Assembly: GCA_947624895.1 (NCBI GenBank)
Contig: CANQMK010000001.1
Coordinates: forward strand, 4,270 to 68,269
DNA: 64,000 nucleotides
Direction: 5' to 3'
Origin: an uncultured Oscillospiraceae bacterium
GTDB taxonomy: Bacteria; Bacillota; Clostridia; Oscillospirales; Oscillospiraceae
The position numbers were made by a program, and so were the translations under genes. Position 1 is the stretch's first letter, and each line of letters begins with the position of its first letter. The notes under the pieces are model-generated. The model saw only the letters and a program-made list of their open reading frames with translations. It ran no database searches and had not been told where the DNA came from. Positions 57,193 through 64,000 of the stretch are shown in pieces.

Positions 57193-57406
57193 AAACCTAT
57201 CAGCAAGCACCACGTTTTTGGTGAGTGGCGCAGGGTGCGGCAACGGCCCTTTATACCGAGCGAAGCGAGGTCGGCGCCAATTTTGAAAATAACAATATTC
57301 GTTATTTCATCTCAAATCCATGGGCGGCGGGACGACCGCAGCCTATAATTCAGGCAGGGATTGCCTACGCTCTGCGTCGGGCCTTGTGCTTCGGATGGGT
57401 GGGCCG

Positions 57407-57518
57407 TTTGCCGTACGGCGGCGGCAACTGGAACAACCGCTCGAATGCCGGCCTCTTCCAGTTCAACGCCAACTATCTGTCGGATGAGACGAACTCGAAC
57501 GACGGCGCGCGACACCTT
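57407..57518 (+). repeat. DGR template repeat (TR)
   Basis: Asn-codon (AAC)-rich invariant copy of the VR, 127 nt upstream of the RT start. Confidence 0.9.
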
Positions 57519-57645
57519 GTTTGCACGACAACTATATGCGTAGGTTCTCCCCCACCGCTTGGTGAAAATATTGCCGAGTAGGACAGGGCTCAGTAGGTTT
57601 ATTCTCGACCAGCCTTGCAGGCAAACAAGGAGTGTGCTTCCTACC

Positions 57646-58872
57646 ATGCCGAAACGAGTAGGCAACATCTACGCCCGGATGGAGGCCCCCGACTTCATCC
57701 GAAGGTGTATCGCGATCGGGACAAGAGACAGCAAGAAGCGGCGCCGCCGGGACGTGCGCCGTGTACTTGCCGACCTGGACGGCCATGTGGCCACGATGCA
57801 ACGCATTGTGCGGGAGCGGTCCTTTTGCCCTCGCCAGCCGAACCAGAGGACGATCTACGACGTCAGCAGCCAGAAGAACCGGGACACCAACAGTGTCCCG
57901 TTTTTCCCGGACGCCCTCATGCACATCATGGAAGTCCAAGCCATGATGGATGTCCTCATGCGTGGGATGTGCCACTGGTCGTGTTCCTCTGTCCCTGGCC
58001 GGGGAGGGAGGCGGGTGTACCTCCGGCTCAAGAGCGCCATGAAGAACGACCCGAAGGGGACACGGTACGCCGCCGAACTGGACGTCAAGAGCTACTATCC
58101 GAGCCTGCCGCTGGACAGGCTCATGGAGGCGTTCGAGCGTAAGATCAAGGACAGGGAATTTTTGCTTCTGCTGGCCCTCTCCCTGACCTGCCGCCCCATC
58201 TCGCTCCAGGAGGCCAAAGACCAGGGCCTCACATGGAGGGACATCACCCAGGGGCGCCGGGGGCTGTTCATCGGCTTCTACCTCTGCCAGTGGGCGGCCA
58301 ACTACTACCTAGAGCCGCTCGACCGTTTCATCATGACCCTGCCCGGCGTGAAGTACATGACCCGCCACATGGACAACATCACCCTGCTGGGGCCGAGCAA
58401 GCGAGATCTCCACAAGGCGGTGAACGCCATCCGGGACTTTATGGGCCGGGAACTGGGGCTGACCATGAAGGAGAACTGGCAGGTCTACCGCACCAGCTTC
58501 ACCGCCGCCGTGGAGAAGCGCCACCGCCTGCTGACGGAGAGGCAACGGAGGCTACGCCGCCCCCGCATGGTGTCGGCAGTGGGCTACCGCTTCGCCCACA
58601 CCCACGTCACCATCCGCAAGCGGAACTTCCTCCGGCTCACCCGGCAGGCCCGCCGGACGAAAAAGCGGATAGAGGCGAAGAAGCCCATATCCCCGCGGCT
58701 GGCCGCCGGCCTTTTGAGTCGGATCGGCCAGCTCAAGCACAGCAACAGCTACAACGTGAGGACGAAATACATAGACCCCATCGGGGTCAAAGTTCTAAAG
58801 GAGGTCGTGCGAAATGAGAGTGCGAGGAAGTGTTGCTCCCAGCAACGCCTTTACAGTGGAGGAGCAGCCTAA
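57646..58872 (+). CDS. DGR-type reverse transcriptase with atypical HMDN catalytic box
   Basis: RT motifs 1-7 are readable. IGFYLCQWAANYYL corresponds to the DGR IGxxxSQ..AN.YL motif. Motif C reads RHMDN. Confidence 0.8.
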   Translation: MPKRVGNIYARMEAPDFIRRCIAIGTRDSKKRRRRDVRRVLADLDGHVATMQRIVRERSFCPRQPNQRTIYDVSSQKNRDTNSVPFFPDALMHIMEVQAMMDVLMRGMCHWSCSSVPGRGGRRVYLRLKSAMKNDPKGTRYAAELDVKSYYPSLPLDRLMEAFERKIKDREFLLLLALSLTCRPISLQEAKDQGLTWRDITQGRRGLFIGFYLCQWAANYYLEPLDRFIMTLPGVKYMTRHMDNITLLGPSKRDLHKAVNAIRDFMGRELGLTMKENWQVYRTSFTAAVEKRHRLLTERQRRLRRPRMVSAVGYRFAHTHVTIRKRNFLRLTRQARRTKKRIEAKKPISPRLAAGLLSRIGQLKHSNSYNVRTKYIDPIGVKVLKEVVRNESARKCCSQQRLYSGGAA

Positions 58873-59224
58873 CAAGCCGGGGTTCTGCCTGATCCGCTTC
58901 TTCGAGGATGTTCAGCCCTACGAAGAGGAAGGCCCCCATGGGAAGCCCATCACCGGCTTTGAGTACGACGAGTACCATCTTGAGGTCGCCGACTACGACG
59001 GCCTGGAGAACGACGTGCTCAATGGGTTTGACGGGTATCTGGCCCAGGCGAAGCTCCAGGAGGCCGAAGGGAAGATCATCCCCGCCCTTCAGACCCAGGT
59101 GGCCGCTCTGGAGCTGGAAAAGGCCGAACTGACCGACAAGGTCATTAACTTGGAGGGACAGGTCACCGACACCCAAATGGCCCTCTGCGACGTCTTCGAG
59201 CTGGCGTTGGGAGGTGAGCGGTAA
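58814..59224 (+). CDS. Hypothetical tail-associated protein (XkdW-position) with C-terminal coiled coil
   Basis: RBS AAAGGAGG 58798-58805. Overlaps the RT 3' end by 59 nt. Confidence 0.45.
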   Translation: MRVRGSVAPSNAFTVEEQPNKPGFCLIRFFEDVQPYEEEGPHGKPITGFEYDEYHLEVADYDGLENDVLNGFDGYLAQAKLQEAEGKIIPALQTQVAALELEKAELTDKVINLEGQVTDTQMALCDVFELALGGER

Positions 59225-59349
59225 TGGCCAGGGTATACGCCGAACTGATCCGCAAGGGAAAGAAGACCATAGAGGATGTGCCGGAGTTTCTGAGGAAAGA
59301 AGTACAGGCCATCCTCGAAGCGATGGAAAAGGGAGCTGAGGGCTTATGA
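59224..59349 (+). CDS. XkdX-family small protein (41 aa, below track cutoff)
   Basis: Hand translation MARVYAELIRKGKKTIEDVPEFLRKEV... Confidence 0.5.
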   Translation: MARVYAELIRKGKKTIEDVPEFLRKEVQAILEAMEKGAEGL

Positions 59350-59402
59350 AAAGCCTTCAGCTCTTTCTTTTACACATTCTGCTGAGAAAGGAGGTCAAGG
59401 AC

Positions 59403-59519
59403 ATGGCTGTTGTCTATGCGACGCTGATCGTCAAGGGCAAGAAGACGCTCGAACAGGTCCCGGCTCTGTTGCGGACTGAGGTCGAGGAGATCATCGAGGC
59501 CCTGGAGGTCAAACTGTGA
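59403..59519 (+). CDS. Second XkdX-family paralogue (38 aa)
   Basis: Hand translation MAVVYATLIVKGKKTLEQVPALLRTEV... Confidence 0.5.
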   Translation: MAVVYATLIVKGKKTLEQVPALLRTEVEEIIEALEVKL

Positions 59520-59591
59520 TCGCTGACGGCGGGGGTGACAAATGCCACTCCCGCCGCCATCTATCTATCAATCCACCAGGAGGGACCAGCA

Positions 59592-60014
59592 TTGAGCCTC
59601 GATGAAATTCTTGCCAGGGGAGGAGCGGCGCTTACCGTCATTATGACGCTTGTCCAGATCTCTCCCATCAAAATTTACCCGTGGTCGTGGCTGGCTAAGG
59701 CCTTTGGCCGGGCCATCAACGCGGAACTGATCGCGAAGATCGACGCGCTGGAAAAGAAGGTCGAAAAGCTCCACTCCAGGGACGGAGAGAAGGAGGCCAT
59801 CGACCAACGCAACCGCATCCTCCTATTTGCGGATGAGGCCGTGCGTAACATCAAGCACTCCGAGGAGCACTTCAACCAGATCCTCAGAGACATTACAGAG
59901 TACGAGGCGTTCTGTAACGCCCACAAAGACTTTGAGAATGAACGGGTGGTTTTGACCTGCGCCAGGATCAAGGAGATCTACAAGAGGTGCCTTGAGACGG
60001 GCGATTTTTTGTGA
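59592..60014 (+). CDS. Membrane-anchored protein of lysis region (holin-associated candidate)
   Basis: TTG 59592 after AGGAGG (the track start 59535 is less likely). One TM, AALTVIMTLVQISPI, then a helical domain. Confidence 0.4.
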   Translation: MSLDEILARGGAALTVIMTLVQISPIKIYPWSWLAKAFGRAINAELIAKIDALEKKVEKLHSRDGEKEAIDQRNRILLFADEAVRNIKHSEEHFNQILRDITEYEAFCNAHKDFENERVVLTCARIKEIYKRCLETGDFL

Positions 60015-60030
60015 GAAAGGAGTGATCACC

Positions 60031-60924
60031 ATGGGCTTCAGCCCGCTGTGTACTTACATCAGACTGTCCCCAAACCATACCCACCCCCGCAATCATTCCA
60101 TCGACCGCCTCACGCCCCATGTGATCGTCGGTCAATGCACCGCCAGGCAGGCGGCAAACCTCTCCCGGTTCGTCAACTACGACGGCAAGAGCGGCGCTTC
60201 CTGCAACTACGCCATCGGGCGGGACGGTGATTATGCTGGCCTTGTGGACGAGGGTGATCGTTCTTGGTGTACGTCGAACCGGGAGAACGACCACAGGGCC
60301 ATCACGTTTGAGATCGCCTCCGACCCCCAGCACCCCTACGCCATCACGGACGCCGCGTATCAGGCCATGCTCGATCTGATGACCGACATCTGCAAGAGGC
60401 ACGGCAAGACGAAGCTCTTGTGGTTGGGCGGGAAGGAGGCCACTCTTGCCTACAAGCCCGCCGCCGACGAGATGATGCTGACGGCGCACCGATGGTTTGC
60501 AAACAAGGCGTGTCCCGGCGACTACATCTATCTCCGGGAGGGGGAGATCGCCCAGGAAGTCACCCGGCGGCTCGCTCTCCCGGCAACCAACGACAACAAG
60601 AAGGAGGACATCGACATGAGCAAAGAAGAACTGCGCGAGACCCTGGTGGACATCATGAAGACGGAACTCCGCCCCGTCATCAAGGAGGTGGTGGAGGAGG
60701 TCTACAACGAGCTCAATCCCGTATATGCTGACATCAAGGACGTGCCCGCATACTGGCGCCCCCTCGCTCAGAAGTTGCTGGACGATGAGGCCGTCAACGG
60801 CGGCACCGAGCGGGATGTCTGTGATACGGACGTGAACCTCCGGGCCGAGACGCTGAAAGCGGCGGTAATCGCCGTCCGGCATTATATGGCCGCATCCAAC
60901 GGTGAAGGGGGTGAGCGGGTATGA
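60031..60924 (+). CDS. Endolysin, N-acetylmuramoyl-L-alanine amidase (Amidase_2/PGRP type)
   Basis: LSPNH..R...ID.L.PH...........NY.IG.DG......E.D.SW.......N...I.FEI. Confidence 0.75.
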   Translation: MGFSPLCTYIRLSPNHTHPRNHSIDRLTPHVIVGQCTARQAANLSRFVNYDGKSGASCNYAIGRDGDYAGLVDEGDRSWCTSNRENDHRAITFEIASDPQHPYAITDAAYQAMLDLMTDICKRHGKTKLLWLGGKEATLAYKPAADEMMLTAHRWFANKACPGDYIYLREGEIAQEVTRRLALPATNDNKKEDIDMSKEELRETLVDIMKTELRPVIKEVVEEVYNELNPVYADIKDVPAYWRPLAQKLLDDEAVNGGTERDVCDTDVNLRAETLKAAVIAVRHYMAASNGEGGERV

Positions 60925-61352
60925 CCATCAATGCGCTGCGCCTGGGCCTCGGCCTGCTCGCTCTGATCGCCGTCAACATCATCCTGGGGAGCATCGACGC
61001 CTTCCTGGACAAGAGCTTCGACCGGGGCAAGTTCCTCCGGGGCATCATCAAGGGGGCGATCGTGGCCGCGTGCTTCGCGGTCACCTACCTGATCGGTTGG
61101 CTGAACCCCGATGTGCTGGCCGTCACCATCAACGGTGAGGCGGTTAATCTGCTGACGGCGGTTACTCTGGTCGTCATGGCCGGCTTCCTGTTTTATGCCA
61201 AGGAGGTCATCATCAAACTGGCGGTATTCGTCCATGGCCAGGTGGACACCGGGGAGTTGGTGGTGAGCGCCACCGGCAACGGCGGGAGGAACACCGTGCG
61301 GGCGGCAGACCAGCACCCCCCCGATGCCGGTGAGAGTTCGCCCAACGCATAA
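60921..61352 (+). CDS. Holin (3-4 TM)
   Basis: ATGA coupling to the endolysin gene; hydrophobic spans; charged C-terminal tail. Confidence 0.55.
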   Translation: MTINALRLGLGLLALIAVNIILGSIDAFLDKSFDRGKFLRGIIKGAIVAACFAVTYLIGWLNPDVLAVTINGEAVNLLTAVTLVVMAGFLFYAKEVIIKLAVFVHGQVDTGELVVSATGNGGRNTVRAADQHPPDAGESSPNA

Positions 61353-61356
61353 GAAA

Positions 61357-61396
61357 GCCCCCTCCGGGAGATCACTTCTCCTGGAGGGGGCTTTTT
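61357..61396. terminator. Bidirectional intrinsic terminator between convergent genes
   Basis: 15-bp stem GCCCCCTCCGGGAGA/TCTCCTGGAGGGGGC (one G-U pair), flanked by AAA and TTTTT. Confidence 0.75.
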
Positions 61397-61411
61397 GTCG
61401 TCTGTGGGGGA

Positions 61412-61918
61412 TTAAGCTGGCGCGTTATCCAGCCCTGTCAAGATCTCCATCAACCGTTTGCGGTTTTCCGCTGACGGCTGGGCCTGGCCCTTCTCCCAGC
61501 GGGAGATCTGCGCCTGGGTGACACCCACCAACTCGGCAAGCTGGGCCTGGGAGAGCTTCTTGGCCCGCCGGCGGCCCTCGATGTCCAGGGAGTCCGCCGG
61601 AGGCGCCAAGGGCTTGCCGGCCCGTGCGTGGTAGTAGCCGATCTGCCAGGAGCCCTGTACCTCCAAGGGCTGGACGGACTCGGGCTGTTGCTCGTCTACC
61701 CAGGTTATTTCCTCGAACGCTGTTCCGATCTTTTGATCCAAGCCCTCCAGGACGCCTTCACGGGATGCCGCCTGGATCGCGATTGCCGTAGAGGACAAAA
61801 TGCGGAGTGATGGGGTGGGGTTTCCGGGGATGCCCCTATGGTTTTTGCGGTGTAATGCCTCCTCAATTATCCCGTAGACCCATCCAAATACATAAGCCTC
61901 TCTGTGCGTCATGATCAT
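61412..61918 (-). CDS. Protein with unknown N-terminal domain and C-terminal XRE-type HTH
   Basis: KKLSQAQLAELVGVTQAQISRWEKG. Start probably ATG 61912 (better RBS spacing). Confidence 0.6.
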   Translation of the reverse strand: MIMTHREAYVFGWVYGIIEEALHRKNHRGIPGNPTPSLRILSSTAIAIQAASREGVLEGLDQKIGTAFEEITWVDEQQPESVQPLEVQGSWQIGYYHARAGKPLAPPADSLDIEGRRRAKKLSQAQLAELVGVTQAQISRWEKGQAQPSAENRKRLMEILTGLDNAPA

Positions 61919-61930
61919 GTCCTCCTTTGC

Positions 61931-62326
61931 TTAGCAGTATGGGTAGATGTCATCGTCCATCATCTTTACGACGGCCTGGTAATGGCGCTCATACTCGGCT
62001 TCAGCGGCTTCCCGCGCAGGCCGGTTCGCCTCGATTTGTGCGGTGCGCTCGTTGTCAAGCGCAATAAGCGCGGCGGCCTCATCCTCGGTAATGTACCACG
62101 CACGGTTGCCGCAGCCGTAGAAGCTGCCGTCACTCTCGCGTGTCCAGATACCCATTTTTTCGAGGTCGTCCCAGCCGATGTGGGCCAGGGCTTGCGAGTC
62201 ACCGCTGCCGGTAAAGAGTGTCCCGGTCTCGCGCCCGTTATCCCACTGGCCTACTTCGACGTTGCGCTCGATGGTAACGCCGGGGTAGCTGTATGCGTAC
62301 TCCAATACGATGTTCTTCATTTTCAT
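61931..62326 (-). CDS. Hypothetical 131-aa protein, first gene of a two-gene operon
   Basis: RBS AAGGAGG; consensus promoter upstream. Confidence 0.5.
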   Translation of the reverse strand: MKMKNIVLEYAYSYPGVTIERNVEVGQWDNGRETGTLFTGSGDSQALAHIGWDDLEKMGIWTRESDGSFYGCGNRAWYITEDEAAALIALDNERTAQIEANRPAREAAEAEYERHYQAVVKMMDDDIYPYC

Positions 62327-62374
62327 GGCCTCCTTGTTGCTTTTTGGGTGTCTTGTATTTCCCTTGCACTCATT

Positions 62375-62402
62375 ATTATACTCATATTTTATTACTTGTC
62401 AA
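62375..62402 (-). promoter_or_regulatory. Near-consensus sigma-A promoter TTGACA-N16-TATAAT
   Basis: Minus-strand -35 at 62397-62402 and -10 at 62375-62380, within an AT-rich gap. Confidence 0.6.
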
Positions 62403-62440
62403 GTATAAAATATGATTTTTTCAAAAAATCTTTTTGCCAT

Positions 62441-62489
62441 CAAAAAGCCTCTCTCATTCGCCTTTGCGATTGAGAGAGGCTTTGTTTTT
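62441..62489. terminator. Bidirectional intrinsic terminator
   Basis: 12-bp stem AAGCCTCTCTCA/TGAGAGAGGCTT plus inner TCGC/GCGA, flanked by A-run and T-run. Confidence 0.7.
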
Positions 62490-62522
62490 CCTGATCTACA
62501 CCCTCTGCGATACATTCTCATG

Positions 62523-62798
62523 TCATAGCTGATCTCCCTCTCTCTCCCAGCCGGCTTCTTCCAGATCGTCAAAGCCATTCCTGGCGTCCTCCAAGACCAG
62601 GTTGCCGTTTTCGTCCACGATAACGCAAGCGGCCTTATCGCCGCACTGATTTGGCTCCAAAAGAAATAGGTGCGCGTGGATCTCCTTGACCCCGCCGCTA
62701 GGCGTGTTCTCGATCCAGGCAAAGCGGCCCTCATCAATGACATACCAGGTGCCGACATGACCGGCAACGCGGATGTGATCGCTGCCCTTAGTAATCAT
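62523..62798 (-). CDS. Hypothetical protein
   Basis: ORF followed by a terminator. Confidence 0.45.
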   Translation of the reverse strand: MITKGSDHIRVAGHVGTWYVIDEGRFAWIENTPSGGVKEIHAHLFLLEPNQCGDKAACVIVDENGNLVLEDARNGFDDLEEAGWEREGDQL

Positions 62799-62813
62799 GC
62801 TGTGATTGCCCTC

Positions 62814-63251
62814 CTAAGTCAGCCCCTCATCAATGTCTTTCTGTAAATCCATATTTCCGTAATGCGTACCATACATGATCCTTTTGTGCCCGCATATGCA
62901 CTCAAATCCGACGCTAAACTGTACCCCATACCTGTCACTGTCAATATCGGCCTCATGTGAGCACTTCGCAAAGAAAGTACCTTTGGTTCCTCCGCATTTT
63001 GGACACCTCAAATCGGCCAGCGACTCATAATCGATCTCCCTTTTGTACCACTCGGAATTATCGTAGACACTATTTCCTACCTCCGCATACTCAATGCAGT
63101 TGATTCCACGCTCGTCTACTCTGCTTATGATATAGTAGGGACGGTAGGTAAGCAAATTGTAATCCAAGCGACGCTCTATGCCTATACACTTGACTACGGT
63201 TCCAGCCGGAGATCTCGGCAAGTCCTTTAATTGCGTAAATATGTATCTCAC
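62814..63251 (-). CDS. Hypothetical Cys-containing protein, markedly low GC
   Basis: ORF with CPKCGG...CICGH; AT-rich codon usage unlike its neighbours. Confidence 0.45.
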   Translation of the reverse strand: MRYIFTQLKDLPRSPAGTVVKCIGIERRLDYNLLTYRPYYIISRVDERGINCIEYAEVGNSVYDNSEWYKREIDYESLADLRCPKCGGTKGTFFAKCSHEADIDSDRYGVQFSVGFECICGHKRIMYGTHYGNMDLQKDIDEGLT

Positions 63252-63253
63252 AA

Positions 63254-63694
63254 TTAGTCCCTCCTTTCAATTCCGTGCAGATAGCAGTCGGCGGTGCCGT
63301 CCGTGGAGAGGCAGGCCTGGGACTCGCCGGGGCAGCCGACACAGGTGCCGCCCTCGTCTGGCCGCCAGAACGGGCAGCAGTCCTCGCCCCGGATCATGCG
63401 CTTGTGGGTGTCGTCATGCCGCATGGCCGCCCCGGACTTGGCAACGGCCCAGTCCTGGAGGGGGATGCTCTTCCCGGCAAACTCCCTGATTGCCTCATCC
63501 ATCCCACAGGCATCGCAGATGTAAACGGAGACGTAGCGGCTCAGGGCGTTTGTGCGCAGGCGGTCCTTGACGGTGAAGCGGCCGCATCGGGGGCAGAGGT
63601 GCGTCCCATCGGCCTGTACCGCGGCAAAGGCCTCGATGGCCTTTTTGGCGGCGATGTCGTCATTGCCGCCTCTGGAAAACTGCTTGCAACTCAT
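63254..63694 (-). CDS. Hypothetical Cys-rich protein
   Basis: ATG 63694 after AAAGGAG. CPRCG...CDACG, then a CCPFW...CVGCPG cluster. The track ORF start at 63865 is less likely. Confidence 0.45.
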   Translation of the reverse strand: MSCKQFSRGGNDDIAAKKAIEAFAAVQADGTHLCPRCGRFTVKDRLRTNALSRYVSVYICDACGMDEAIREFAGKSIPLQDWAVAKSGAAMRHDDTHKRMIRGEDCCPFWRPDEGGTCVGCPGESQACLSTDGTADCYLHGIERRD

Positions 63695-63740
63695 AATCAG
63701 GCTCCTTTCTTGGTGTTTACCCGGTAGGGTAGGCGTGTTG

Positions 63741-64000
63741 TCAAACGTCCATACAGAGGTGATGGTAGGCGTACCACCGGCCTCGGCGCTGAAATATTTT
63801 GTACCAAGCTGTAAACACCTGCCCGGTACAGTCGTAGGGGCCGGGAGCACACTCCCGCTCCTCATAGGCGCGGAAATAGTCCTCCGCCGCCTCGCGGTCT
63901 ATGATGTTCTCCGGGAACGTCACCAGCAGGGTCGCAGAGTCGCCGTCGGCCTTGATGAAACGGTGGGTGGTATCATATTCCTGGCATCGGCGGTTGTACG
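63741..64000 (-). CDS. Hypothetical protein, 5'-truncated by window end
   Basis: The frame of the 63741-63923 ORF stays open to base 64000. Confidence 0.4.
   Translation of the reverse strand, partial: YNRRCQEYDTTHRFIKADGDSATLLVTFPENIIDREAAEDYFRAYEERECAPGPYDCTGQVFTAWYKIFQRRGRWYAYHHLCMDV

Larger units (their letters stand above)
6976..61400. mobile_element. Integrated temperate prophage (lambda-like head, P2/PBSX-like contractile tail); both boundaries approximate, right end may lie beyond 61.4 kb
   Basis: Complete ordered modules from integrase to lysis cassette. The left edge is inferred from the end of recombinase-like sequence and the host terminators. No att repeats could be identified (serine integrase). 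Confidence 0.8.

Noticed and set aside
57225-57581. 118-aa plus-strand ORF between the DGR target and the RT, considered as a possible Avd
   Set aside because: Its C-terminal half is simply the TR read in the VR frame. I saw no RBS and no helical/basic Avd character.

Overview
High-GC (about 60% by eye) Firmicutes/Clostridia-like chromosome segment. Bases 1-6788 are the 3' part of a giant SLH-anchored surface protein gene, truncated by the window start. From about 6.98 kb to at least 61.4 kb the window is one near-complete temperate prophage. Its order is: large serine integrase, lipoprotein moron, CI/Cro-type switch, recombination/replication module (Sak4-like ATPase, PD-(D/E)XK nuclease, NinB-like, SSB, replisome organizer with internal iterons, G39P-like loader, RecU-like resolvase), a long block of nucleic-acid-modification-type genes (three ParB/Srx proteins, two PP-loop PAPS-reductase-like proteins, radical SAM, ASCH, MTase-like, Lar), lambda-like head genes (Nu1/GpA terminase, gpW, portal, ClpP protease-scaffold, gpD-like decoration, gpE capsid), a P2/PBSX-like contractile tail, a tail-fibre diversity-generating retroelement (VR/TR/RT), and a lysis cassette. 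Bases 61.4-64.0 kb carry small minus-strand genes whose ownership (prophage morons, another island, or host) is unresolved. Items most worth follow-up: (1) the DGR has perfect adenine-only VR/TR mismatches, but its RT reads HMDN where YxDD is expected and there is no Avd gene; (2) an insulated four-gene cassette (LeuT-like membrane protein, ParB, IbrA-like PP-loop enzyme, IbrB-like ParB) sits just upstream of terS; (3) the integrase ORF has no stop inside the phage and reads across the presumed attL, past an intrinsic terminator; (4) a radical-SAM/ASCH/PAPS-reductase/ParB cluster looks like a candidate DNA-modification system. All family names come from motif recognition by eye; no database search was run. 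Many long antisense ORFs in the track are high-GC artefacts.
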